NCBI GenBank assembly: GCA_034521595.1
Contig: JAXHMG010000002.1
Span: forward strand, 1 to 64,000
Direction: 5' to 3'
From: Gemmatimonadota bacterium
Lineage (GTDB): Bacteria; Gemmatimonadota; Gemmatimonadetes; Longimicrobiales; Gaopeijiaceae
Length of the DNA: 64,000 nt
Shown here: one piece after another, positions 48,614-57,682 of the stretch
How the letters are laid out: the number at the start of each line of letters is the position of its first letter
How positions within the stretch are numbered: position 1 is the stretch's first letter
The notes under the pieces: model-generated
Seen by the model: the letters and a program-made list of their open reading frames with translations, nothing else
The model's database searches: none
Told to the model about the DNA's origin: nothing
Program-made: the position numbers and the translations under genes

Positions 48614-49132
48614 ATGCATCCCTTTTCATACTCGACGATCACCCTGGCAATGGCCGGCATCCTCTTGGGTGTGGCTGGGTGGCGCTGGCACGAAGCCGCG
48701 GTCGTGAGACCCGACCACTTCCCCGGCGTCGACCCTCCTGCCGCCATCCTCGTCGTTCAGGAACGCGATTGTCCCGACCGACGCGCGGCCATGGCGGTGT
48801 GGCTGGACGACCTGCACGCGTCCGACGCCGGCGCGTCCCTCCCCGTCTACCTCGGGGTGCTGGGCGACGACCCCGGCCTCCTCGACCCACGAACGGACGA
48901 GCTACCCCGGCTGCCCAGCGCCGAAGCGTCGACCGCGGCGCGCGCCCTGCTTCGCGCGGGACTCTCGGGCACGCCGGCGCTCATCGTCCTCGACTCGGAA
49001 GGCCACGTCCTCCTGGCGGACACCTTCGCAACCACCGGACCCGGCGCCAGGTTGGCGCTCGCAGCCGATCTACTACCGGCGGTTCGTCCTTTCACGGGCC
49101 CCGCCGACGTCCTTCAGCCCGATGGAGGGTGA
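48614..49132 (+). CDS. Membrane-anchored thioredoxin-fold-like protein (single Cys)
   Basis: GGAGG SD; N-terminal TM; ILVVQERDCPDR and GLSGTPALIVLDSEG (cis-Pro loop pattern). Confidence 0.65.
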   Translation: MHPFSYSTITLAMAGILLGVAGWRWHEAAVVRPDHFPGVDPPAAILVVQERDCPDRRAAMAVWLDDLHASDAGASLPVYLGVLGDDPGLLDPRTDELPRLPSAEASTAARALLRAGLSGTPALIVLDSEGHVLLADTFATTGPGARLALAADLLPAVRPFTGPADVLQPDGG

Positions 49133-49135
49133 CCC

Positions 49136-50590
49136 ATGGAACAGCTCCCGTTGCTGCTGAACATCGTCGGCGTGGGCCTCTGGCTCGGTTTCACGGTGGA
49201 TTTCCTGCGGCGCCCTCCACTCCAACCCCGGTCGTGGGGTCGGAACGTGAGGCGCGGTGCGTGGGTGGGGCTCGCCATGCTCTTTTTGGCTGCCGGGGGG
49301 TGGGGTCCCGAGATGTCGCATTCGACGACGAGCGACTTTTCCCGCGACCCCGACGTGGGAACCCCGGTTGAGACGACGAGCAGCTTGCTCCGCACCCCGT
49401 TCGCGATCTACGAAAGCACCGCGGTGATGGACAGAGAGGGACGCACGATCCGTCAGGATCGCATGGTCACCAGGCAGCTCCCGTTGGCTCTGCTGATCTT
49501 CCTCGCGGGTGCGTTCTGGCTCCGGCGTCGCCGCGAGCTCTCGGAGAAACGGAGTCCCACGAGCAGAGGGGCGACGGATGCTCTGGCCTTGGTGGGAATC
49601 CTGTCCGCCACGCTCACCGGCGCCGGATGCGGCGACCCCGCGCCCTGGGACGGGGACCGTCCGGAACGCAAGATCGTGGACGTGACGTGGGATACGCTGG
49701 CTCACGTACGTTCCGGAGTGAACGACTCGCTGCTGTTCTCGGCGAGCGGCGTGGCCGCGGACGAGGAGGGGTTCTGGGTGGGCGACCTGTACGGCGACCG
49801 CGTGGCTCGCTTCGACTGGGAAGGACGGCTGCTGCGGTACGTAGGCGACTCCGGCCGGGGACCGGGCGAGATTGGACGCGTCCACGAGATCGACGTGGAC
49901 GGCGAGGGCGTGCTCTGGATCCTGGACCCCGAGAACACCCGGATCACGGGCTTCGATCAGAGCGGCGCCCTCGTCGACGAAGTGCCGTTTCGGGGTTTGG
50001 ATGCCTCCCCCGGATCGTTCGCGGTGAGTCGCGATGGGAGAACATTCATGTCCATGCTCCCTTCCGACCGGCTCGAGCCGATCCTTATCCACCGTGACGG
50101 GCGCATCGAACGGGGCACGCAGATCCCCGTGCCCGATGCGAACGGCGCATTCGGCCTGGCCCTGCAAGGTCGGGTCGCCCGCCACGACCACGGCTGGCTG
50201 TTCGCGTTCACCTCCGGAGACGGCATCTTCCGCATGCGCGGCCTCGAGACCGTCGGGCCGCGGCTCCGGTACCCGGAGGCCATCCCGTTCCCGGGCATCA
50301 CCCGATCCGTGCAGCGGGACGGACGTCGCACCTCGACGACGACCCGGCTCGCGGAGCGCAATCCGGCCGCGGCCGCCATCTCCACCCGAGGGTCGGAGCT
50401 GCTCGTCGTCTTTCACGGGGAAAGCCCGAACGCCGGACGCCTCCTCGACCGCTACGACCTCGAGCGGGGCCGTTACCTCGACACGGTCCTCCTACCCGTG
50501 TCGGGATACGTCGCTGCATGGGACGACCGGCTCGTCGTGGCCCGGACCAACCCACGACCCGAGCTCCTCGTTCTCCGACAGGTCGAGTGA
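49136..50590 (+). CDS. Membrane domain fused to 6-bladed (NHL/DUF5128-like) beta-propeller
   Basis: Three hydrophobic helices, internal lipobox-like LTGAGC (Cys165), GRGPGE, LWILDPENTRITGFD, LDRYDLERGRYLDT. Confidence 0.8.
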   Translation: MEQLPLLLNIVGVGLWLGFTVDFLRRPPLQPRSWGRNVRRGAWVGLAMLFLAAGGWGPEMSHSTTSDFSRDPDVGTPVETTSSLLRTPFAIYESTAVMDREGRTIRQDRMVTRQLPLALLIFLAGAFWLRRRRELSEKRSPTSRGATDALALVGILSATLTGAGCGDPAPWDGDRPERKIVDVTWDTLAHVRSGVNDSLLFSASGVAADEEGFWVGDLYGDRVARFDWEGRLLRYVGDSGRGPGEIGRVHEIDVDGEGVLWILDPENTRITGFDQSGALVDEVPFRGLDASPGSFAVSRDGRTFMSMLPSDRLEPILIHRDGRIERGTQIPVPDANGAFGLALQGRVARHDHGWLFAFTSGDGIFRMRGLETVGPRLRYPEAIPFPGITRSVQRDGRRTSTTTRLAERNPAAAAISTRGSELLVVFHGESPNAGRLLDRYDLERGRYLDTVLLPVSGYVAAWDDRLVVARTNPRPELLVLRQVE

Positions 50591-50607
50591 CGTGCTAGCA
50601 GCCCGCG

Positions 50608-52020
50608 CTACGGCACGAGCTCGCGGATGATTCCGTCGTGCTTGTTCAACAGGAAAAGACGGTCGTCCGGACCCGTGCCGAAACGGAGGTCGGTCCGCTC
50701 GGGTGCCGGAGCGCCGACGGCCGCTGCGCGATCCTGCATGACTTCCAGGAAGGTCTTGGCCGCACCGCCGTCTTCGAGGAGCACCCGTCGGATCGCCGCC
50801 TGCCCCCCCTCCGGCAGCACGTCCGCCGAGATATGGAAGATCTCTCCGCTCACCATCTCTCCGAACAGGATACGATCCTGCAGCTGCGGGATCCTGTCAT
50901 TACGTGGCACGACCACGCCCGTGATGGCGACCCTGGACTGAAACAGGGGGTCGGCCTGATCGAACTCCGCGATGGGAAAGGTGACGTCCGGGTCCGACCG
51001 CGGAGACATGCGGTCGACACCCGACCGGCTCACGAAGCGGAAGCTTCCCTCCCAGGTGTTCCATCCCAGGTCGGCGCCGGCGGTCACACGGCTGAGCTCC
51101 TCGACGGCGTTCTGTCCGATGTCGGCGACGAACAGGCTCCCGTTGGCCGGGTCCCACCCGAAGCGCTGAGGGTTGCGGAAGCCCGACGCGTAGACTTCGG
51201 GCAGCGCCCCGTCTCCTTCGCTCACGAACGGATTGTGCTCGGGCACGCCGTACTCGCCCGTGGAGCCGTCGGTCCCCTGCGGATCGATCCGCAGGATCTT
51301 CCCGAACGGGGAGCCGAGGTCCTGGGCGAGATCGAGCGGGTCGCCCCCGCTCCCCCCGTCCGCCACCCCGACGTACAACATCCCGAAGTCGGGGTCATCC
51401 GGCTCGGCCAACGGGTTGAAGGCGATGTGTCCGGCGTTGTGGTTGCCGAAGGGTTGCTCCAAGCGGAGCAGCTCCCTGGGCTCCTCCCCGTCATACGTGT
51501 CCGCGTCGGGAGAGGTCGCGGTCCATTCGAGGAGCACCGTATGATGACTCGCCTCCCCACTCCCGGCCGTGAAGTGGGGCTCGGGAGACATGTCGTCGGT
51601 GTCCAGCCAAGTGTAGAGCTTCCCGTATCCGGGTGTCCCGGGCTCGTTGAACTGCGGATGCAACGCGAAGCTCTGAAAGCCACGCTCTCGCCCCGACGCG
51701 TCGACGGGCACGCCCCAATCCGCGTGGTCCACGTCGAGGTACCGTGCCACGTCGCCGTCGTACCCGACGGTGTACAGCGGGCCCCACATATCGTTGACGA
51801 ACATGCGCTCCGTACCCGGCTCGTCCACGAGAAGCATCGGCCGCGCGGGTGCTCCGTCGATTTCCGGGAGGGAAGCGAACTCTTCGTACGCCACGACCGC
51901 GACGTCTTCCGTGGCTTCGATGGGCTCGGTGAACGGGTCGTCGGTCGCGCTGGTGCAACCGAGACTCACGACGGTCAGGGCGACAGTGACCTGTCGGGCC
52001 CATCGGACACGGTGACTCAT
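50608..52020 (-). CDS. PQQ-dependent sugar dehydrogenase-like (GSDH) lipoprotein
   Basis: Lipobox SLGC; QPFGNHNAG, DGGSGGDP, GKILRIDP, GFRNPQRF, DIGQN..EE. Confidence 0.88.
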   Translation of the reverse strand: MSHRVRWARQVTVALTVVSLGCTSATDDPFTEPIEATEDVAVVAYEEFASLPEIDGAPARPMLLVDEPGTERMFVNDMWGPLYTVGYDGDVARYLDVDHADWGVPVDASGRERGFQSFALHPQFNEPGTPGYGKLYTWLDTDDMSPEPHFTAGSGEASHHTVLLEWTATSPDADTYDGEEPRELLRLEQPFGNHNAGHIAFNPLAEPDDPDFGMLYVGVADGGSGGDPLDLAQDLGSPFGKILRIDPQGTDGSTGEYGVPEHNPFVSEGDGALPEVYASGFRNPQRFGWDPANGSLFVADIGQNAVEELSRVTAGADLGWNTWEGSFRFVSRSGVDRMSPRSDPDVTFPIAEFDQADPLFQSRVAITGVVVPRNDRIPQLQDRILFGEMVSGEIFHISADVLPEGGQAAIRRVLLEDGGAAKTFLEVMQDRAAAVGAPAPERTDLRFGTGPDDRLFLLNKHDGIIRELVP

Positions 52021-52053
52021 GGGGACGGCGTCTCCTTTCATGTCAGGTTCATC

Positions 52054-53043
52054 TCAGCGCGGCGTATCGGTGCCGTGGGGCATGATCCAAGGTGCTCGAG
52101 CGTCCGCTTTCCCTTCGAGGGGGTTCAGATAGACCCGCTGCGTGGAGTATGCGAAGGCGATGTCGTCGTGCGTGGCGAAGGTGTCGAAAATTCGTTCCCA
52201 GATCGCCTGCGCCGTGCCGCGTCGCTGTCTGGGGCGACACAAGTACCGGATGGTCAGCGAGACACCGCTCGCCCCGAGAGACGTGTAGACGGCCGGCGTG
52301 AACCGGCTGTAATGGATGAGGAAGCGCTTCGAAGTCTGCTTCAGCGTGCGCTCCGCTTCCTCGCTGACGCTCCGGGTCTCGGCGAGCGCCACCTCTTCGA
52401 GCACGGCCTTCGCTTTCCGCCAATCGCTCTCGAAGGTCACGAGCACCGGCAGCTCGTTCCACAGAAACGGAAAGCCCGACGTGTAGTTGGCAAGGGACTC
52501 GGTGAAGACCTTGGAGTTGGGGATGTGGATCATTCGGCCCGTGCTCTGGTCGGCTTCGACCCAATTCCCGATCTCCATGATCGTGAACTGGAACAGCCGG
52601 ACGTCGACCACGTCACCCGCTCGTTCTCCGACCTGAATGCGATCGCCGAGCTCGAACGGCTTGCGCCAGAGGATGAACAGCCACCCTGCCACGTCGGCCA
52701 CGAGGTCCTTGAGCGCGATCGCCAGTCCTGCCGAGACCAAGCCCAGAAAGGTTCCGAGAGACCTCAAGGCGGTAAACCAGACCTGCATGATGACCAGCAG
52801 GCCGATCAGGAACGCAGCGTAACCCGACGCCTTCGACCAGCGGTACACGAGCGCACGGTGCTCGAAGCGGCGCTCGACCACGCGAACAAGAATCCGGCGA
52901 CCGATCACCAGCGCGGCGACGAGGCATGCCGACAGGAGGATCTTCGTCTGTGTTTCGGGCGTGAGCCCGTAGATCAGTCGTTCCGTGACCGCGGCGCTGT
53001 CCGAGGCGACCTGCGCGCCGAGCGGCATGACCTGAAGTGCCAT
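52054..53043 (-). CDS. Mechanosensitive channel, MscS family
   Basis: LGLVSAGLAIALKD, PFELGDRIQVG, QSTGR.IHIPNS. Confidence 0.9.
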   Translation of the reverse strand: MALQVMPLGAQVASDSAAVTERLIYGLTPETQTKILLSACLVAALVIGRRILVRVVERRFEHRALVYRWSKASGYAAFLIGLLVIMQVWFTALRSLGTFLGLVSAGLAIALKDLVADVAGWLFILWRKPFELGDRIQVGERAGDVVDVRLFQFTIMEIGNWVEADQSTGRMIHIPNSKVFTESLANYTSGFPFLWNELPVLVTFESDWRKAKAVLEEVALAETRSVSEEAERTLKQTSKRFLIHYSRFTPAVYTSLGASGVSLTIRYLCRPRQRRGTAQAIWERIFDTFATHDDIAFAYSTQRVYLNPLEGKADARAPWIMPHGTDTPR

Positions 53044-53101
53044 CGAGTGTTCCGTTCCGGGACCGGGCGGTGCGAGGGCCTATCCTGGGCACCGAAGGGC
53101 T

Positions 53102-53328
53102 TAGCAGCCCGTGGTAGAAGTCTGGCCCGCGCAGGGTCTTGCGTGTCGCAGGCAAGGCGGCTTCTTGAAGGCGATGCCGTAGCATCGGCGAAAGGAGCTA
53201 ACGCCGCATGCGGCCGCAACCCTCGTGCCCTCGGGTTGGGCGGCACGGCCCCCTCCGTCGGCTCACGGCTCTGGGGCTCGCCGTAGATCGCGGGCCTGCG
53301 CTCCACGCGGGCCGCCACGGGCTGCTAG
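53102..53328. mobile_element. MITE with IS5/IS1182-type ends
   Basis: TAGCAGCCCGTGG (53102-53114) and CCACGGGCTGCTA (53315-53327) perfect IRs; TTAG/CTAG flanks; non-coding and hairpin-rich. Confidence 0.7.
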
Positions 53329-53342
53329 GCCAGAGCAGACGG

Positions 53343-53903
53343 TCAGCGCACGTCCATGGGAAGGCCGGCCACGAGGAAAAGGACGCGGTGGGCCTCGCGT
53401 GCGATGCGCGCGTTGACCCAGCCCAGCATATCCCGATACCGGCGAGCGAGCGCGTTGTCCGGCACGACGCCGAGTCCCACTTCGTTGGTCACGACCAGCA
53501 GCGTTCCTTCGCGCGCCCGGGCCGTGCGAAGGAGCTCCTCGACGTGATCCGAGACCACCCCATCGCCCGGCGTCCGGGGATCGGTGACGGGCTCCGTGTC
53601 CAACTCGGGCGCGGACAGTGCGTGCATCAGGTTCGAGACCCAGACGGTCACGCAATCGATCAGAACGACCGAAGCTTCGGCGGCCCCGACGGCCTCGGGC
53701 ACGGCGAGGGGGGCCTCCACCGTGATCCAGCCCGGAGGCCGGGATGCCCGGTGGGCCGCGATCCGGGCCGTCATCTCCTCGTCTCCACGCTCGGCCGTCG
53801 CCACGTAGACGACCTCGTCGCCCGCGATCCTTCCGGCTTCGTCCTCCGCCCACCGACTCTTACCGGCCCTCGCCCCGCCGGTCACCAGCACGATCTTCAT
53901 CAT
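53343..53903 (-). CDS. cobU: Adenosylcobinamide kinase/guanylyltransferase
   Basis: VTGGARAGKS.WAE, YVATA, RIAAH, LIDCVT.W, TNEVGLGVVP. Confidence 0.95.
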   Translation of the reverse strand: MMKIVLVTGGARAGKSRWAEDEAGRIAGDEVVYVATAERGDEEMTARIAAHRASRPPGWITVEAPLAVPEAVGAAEASVVLIDCVTVWVSNLMHALSAPELDTEPVTDPRTPGDGVVSDHVEELLRTARAREGTLLVVTNEVGLGVVPDNALARRYRDMLGWVNARIAREAHRVLFLVAGLPMDVR

Positions 53904-55405
53904 CGCGCGAGGATCTCGTCGATGTCGAGCGCCCCTTCCACGGCGTCCGCGACCACGTCGATGGGGTCGGGGCCCGGGAACTCCGGAGTCCGGTCGACCA
54001 GGGTCGCCGGGACGGAATGCCCGGTAGGCGCCGCCGGGAGTCCGGCTAGAGCGAGCCAGGCATTCCTGAACGCCGGGTCGGACAGACATCCGTGGACGTA
54101 CGTGCCCCAGACCCGACCGGACCGGTATCCGAGCTCGCGCTCCGGGTCGTCCTCGTCATGGACGAACGCGGGCGAGCCCGACCGGGTGCGGCCATGGTGG
54201 ATCTCGTAGCCCGAGAGGACGCCGATGCGCCCGGACGGGCCCGACCACCGGGCCGTGACGCGACGGACCGTCTTGGTTCCCTCGAGCACCGTGCTCACGG
54301 GCAGGAGCCCGAGGCCCTGGCGCGCGCTGCCCCCTGCACGTGTGGCTCCACCCTCGATGCCCTCCGGATCTTCCACCGTGCGTCCGAGCATCTGGAGCCC
54401 CCCGCAGAGTCCGAGCACGGGAACCCCGGCGCCGGCTCGCTCCCGGATCGCCCCGCCCAGCCCCGAGGCATGGAGCCAGTCGAGGTCGGCGACGACGTTC
54501 CGGCTCCCCGGTAGAACGATCGCGGCGGCCCCATCGAGCGCCTCGGGCCGGTCCGCCCAACGCACGCCGACCCCCGGCATCCTTTCGAGCGGGAGCACGT
54601 CGTCGAAGTTCGCGATTCGAGGCAAGCGGACGACGGCGACGGTACCGTCCGCCCCTTCCGACGCCCGTTCGATCACGGCCGCGTCCTCGTCCGGAAGCCG
54701 CGCGGAGACCCAGGGCACGACGCCGAGCGTCTCCACCCCGGTGTGGCGCCGCACGACCTCGGGGGCGTCGCCGAGCAGCGCCGGATCTCCTCGGAAGCGG
54801 TTGAGCACGAAGCCACGAAGACGGGCCCGGTCGGCCGGCCGCATGAGCTCCCACGTACCGACGAGGGAGGCGAAGGCCCCGCCCCGGTCGATGTCGGCGA
54901 CGAGGATCACGGGCGCGTCCGCGTACCGGGCGACGGCCATGTTCACGATGTCCGAATCGGCCAGGTTGATCTCGGCCGGGGAGCCGGCGCCTTCGATCAC
55001 CACCCAATCGAAGTCCCCACGGAGGGCGTCGAGAGCGCTCGCGACCTCCGGCCACAGCACGCTCCGGCGCTCGGTCCAGGGGATCTCGGCGAGATCCGGA
55101 CGGGACACGCCCCGCAACACGACGTCGGAGCGGGTGTCGGCGAGCGGCTTCAGCAACACCGGGTTCATCCGCTCGTCGACGTCGACGCCGGCCGCCTCCG
55201 CCTGCACGGCTTGAGCGCGTCCGACCTCGCCACCACGGGAAGTCACGGCCGCGTTGTTCGACATGTTCTGGGCCTTGAACGGCGCCACGGCGATGCCCCT
55301 TCTACGGAGCACCCGACAAAGTCCGGCGACGAGCCAGGACTTTCCGACCCCCGAAGCGGTGCCCTGCACCATCAACGTTCTGGCGTAGCGCCCGGCCCCC
55401 GTCAT
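53900..55405 (-). CDS. cobQ: Cobyric acid synthase
   Basis: QGTASGVGKS, PFKAQNMSNN, EGAGSPAEINL, DIDRGG, GLCGG, GTYVHG. Confidence 0.95.
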   Translation of the reverse strand: MTGAGRYARTLMVQGTASGVGKSWLVAGLCRVLRRRGIAVAPFKAQNMSNNAAVTSRGGEVGRAQAVQAEAAGVDVDERMNPVLLKPLADTRSDVVLRGVSRPDLAEIPWTERRSVLWPEVASALDALRGDFDWVVIEGAGSPAEINLADSDIVNMAVARYADAPVILVADIDRGGAFASLVGTWELMRPADRARLRGFVLNRFRGDPALLGDAPEVVRRHTGVETLGVVPWVSARLPDEDAAVIERASEGADGTVAVVRLPRIANFDDVLPLERMPGVGVRWADRPEALDGAAAIVLPGSRNVVADLDWLHASGLGGAIRERAGAGVPVLGLCGGLQMLGRTVEDPEGIEGGATRAGGSARQGLGLLPVSTVLEGTKTVRRVTARWSGPSGRIGVLSGYEIHHGRTRSGSPAFVHDEDDPERELGYRSGRVWGTYVHGCLSDPAFRNAWLALAGLPAAPTGHSVPATLVDRTPEFPGPDPIDVVADAVEGALDIDEILAR

Positions 55406-56466
55406 GCTTCCTCTCGTCCACTCACGCCGGCGGCCGAGAACGTCCTCATCTCGCGCAGCATCGCCGCCGCCGCGTCGAGCAGCGGCAGCGCGAGCGCCGC
55501 GCCCGAGCCCTCGCCGAGACGGAGGCGGAGATCGAGCAACGGGTCGAGCTCGAGCGCCCGGAGCTGCAACGCGTGCCCGGGCTCGGTGGAGAGGTGGGAG
55601 GCGAAGAGGTAGTCCTGCACATCCGGAGCGATGCGGACCGCCGCCAGAGCGGCCGCGGTCGCGATGAAGCCGTCCAGGACGACGGGCTTGCCCCGACGCG
55701 TCGCTTCCAGGACCACGCCGACGAGCCCCGCCAATTCGGCGCCACCGACTTCGGAGAGCGCCCGAATCGGGCTCGCGTCCGCCGGCACCCGCTGGAGCGC
55801 CTTCGTGATCACCCGGCACTTCCGAAGCACGCCCTCCCGGTCGACGCCCGTCCCCGCCCCCACCACCTCGGCCGGATCCGCCCCGAGCAGCGCCGCGGTG
55901 ACCGCAGCGGCTGCGGTCGTGTTTCCGATCCCCATCTCCCCGGTCGCGACGACACGGGCGGCCGGGGCCCGGTCGCGCACCAGATCGGCGCCCGCCTGGA
56001 CGGCCCGTGCCACGTCGGCGTCCGAGAGCGCCCGCTCGACGGACAGATCGGCCGTCCCCCGGACCACGTTCTGGTCGCACACACCCGGGTAGGCGACCGG
56101 TTTCCGGACCCCCAGGTCGGCCACGACGACGTCCGCGCGGGCGACGCGGGCGAAGACCGATACCGCCGCGCCGCCGTCCGCGATGTTGCGACACATCTGG
56201 GCCGTGACCTCCGCAGGATACGCGCTCACCCCCTGAGCGGTGACGCCGTGATCGCCCGCGAGGACGAGCACCACACGGGGGTGGAGGTCGGGGGGCGGGT
56301 CCCCGAGGATCCGGGCGAGCCGGCACGCGACATCTTCCAGACGCCCGAGACTGCCCGGGGGTTTCGTGAGGTCATCCAGGTGCGCGCGCACCTCGCGTTC
56401 TCCTGCGGCGGTCGGTGCGGCGATGGATCCGACTCGCTCCTCCACGGTTCGGCCGGCCACGCTCAC
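55402..56466 (-). CDS. cobT: Nicotinate-nucleotide-DMB phosphoribosyltransferase
   Basis: LTKPPGSLGRLE, AGDHGV, GEMGIGNTT, LDGFI, RLGEGSGA. Confidence 0.95.
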   Translation of the reverse strand: MSVAGRTVEERVGSIAAPTAAGEREVRAHLDDLTKPPGSLGRLEDVACRLARILGDPPPDLHPRVVLVLAGDHGVTAQGVSAYPAEVTAQMCRNIADGGAAVSVFARVARADVVVADLGVRKPVAYPGVCDQNVVRGTADLSVERALSDADVARAVQAGADLVRDRAPAARVVATGEMGIGNTTAAAAVTAALLGADPAEVVGAGTGVDREGVLRKCRVITKALQRVPADASPIRALSEVGGAELAGLVGVVLEATRRGKPVVLDGFIATAAALAAVRIAPDVQDYLFASHLSTEPGHALQLRALELDPLLDLRLRLGEGSGAALALPLLDAAAAMLREMRTFSAAGVSGREEA

Positions 56467-57095
56467 AGCTCGATGCCCGGCTGGGCGCCGACGCCCACCG
56501 TCTTGTACGGATGCTTGATCTCCCTCACTTCGCTCACCAGATCCGCGAACTCCACGAGCTCGGGCGTCGCTTTCCTCCCGGTGATGACGACGTGCGTGCC
56601 CGTGGGCCGCTCGCGAAGGGTCTCGAAGACTTCCTCGTGCTCGAGCCATCCGTACGTCAGGGCGTAGGTGAGCTCGTCGAAGATCACGACGTCGTGGTCC
56701 CCCGAATGGAGCACGTCGGTGCACCGACGCCAGCAGCTCCGGGCCAGCTCCCGGTCCTCCTCGATACGCTCGGAGAGCCAGGTGAACCCGGCGCCCATGG
56801 GCACGATCTCGACTCCGAGCCGGCGCGCGGCGATGTGCTCCCCACGCTCGGTGTCGGCGCTCTTGATGAACTGGAGCATCGCGACCGACATGTCGCGCCC
56901 ACTCGCCCGCAGAAGCACACCGAGCGCCGCCGTGGTCTTCCCCTTCCCGTTACCGGTGTTGACGATCACCAGGCCCGTACGCCGGTCTCTGGGTGGAACC
57001 GGGTACGGCCCGGGCGTGCGCGTTTTCGGGCGGGGAGCGTTCGGGTGGCGGGCGTCGGCCTCGGGTGTGCGGGCCGGATCGGATGCATCGGTCAT
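56463..57095 (-). CDS. cobO: Corrinoid adenosyltransferase (CobO/BtuR/CobA type)
   Basis: TGNGKGKTTAALG, QFIK, GAGFTW, DEL, ITGR, KHPY. Confidence 0.95.
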   Translation of the reverse strand: MTDASDPARTPEADARHPNAPRPKTRTPGPYPVPPRDRRTGLVIVNTGNGKGKTTAALGVLLRASGRDMSVAMLQFIKSADTERGEHIAARRLGVEIVPMGAGFTWLSERIEEDRELARSCWRRCTDVLHSGDHDVVIFDELTYALTYGWLEHEEVFETLRERPTGTHVVITGRKATPELVEFADLVSEVREIKHPYKTVGVGAQPGIEL

Positions 57096-57682
57096 ATCGG
57101 TACCTCGTTGGAAGGCCATCGTTCGAGAACGGGCGCAGGTCGCCCGTCCGTCCAGTCGAGCACGGTCATCTCGCCGTTCCCGGGCCAGAACTCCTCACCG
57201 GCGAAGGGCCGCGCGATCGCCCGTACGACGCCCCCGTGCGTCACGGCGACGACGGTCGTGCCGACCGGGGTGCGGGCCCGCACGTCGTCCAACCAGGCCC
57301 GGGTTCGGGCGAAGAAGTCGTCCAGGTCCTCGCCGCCGGGTGGCGCGGGGCGGCCCCGGTGCTCCACCCAGGCCGCGAAGCGCGGGCCGAAGCGGTCCAT
57401 GTTCTCCTGGTAGGTGCCGCCGGCGAACTCGCCGAAGTCGAGCTCCCGCAGCCGAGGATCGATCCTCGGAGGGCGGCGCAGGGCGACCCGGGCGGTAGCG
57501 GCCGCACGAACCAGATCGCTGGACCACACGGTGCACCGCACGACGCCGCGAGCCCGCAGCAGCGCCCCGATCCGTCTCGCGGTGATCCACCCGCGCGGGG
57601 ACAACGGTGGATCCTCCCAGCCCTGATAGCGGCCGGCCTCGTTCCACGGCGTCTCTCCGTGCCGCACCAGGATCAGGCGCAT
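57092..57682 (-). CDS. cobC: Histidine phosphatase, CobC-like
   Basis: RHGET.WN, SSDL.RA, LRELDFG, VTHGGV; inside the cob operon. Confidence 0.8.
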   Translation of the reverse strand: MRLILVRHGETPWNEAGRYQGWEDPPLSPRGWITARRIGALLRARGVVRCTVWSSDLVRAAATARVALRRPPRIDPRLRELDFGEFAGGTYQENMDRFGPRFAAWVEHRGRPAPPGGEDLDDFFARTRAWLDDVRARTPVGTTVVAVTHGGVVRAIARPFAGEEFWPGNGEMTVLDWTDGRPAPVLERWPSNEVPI

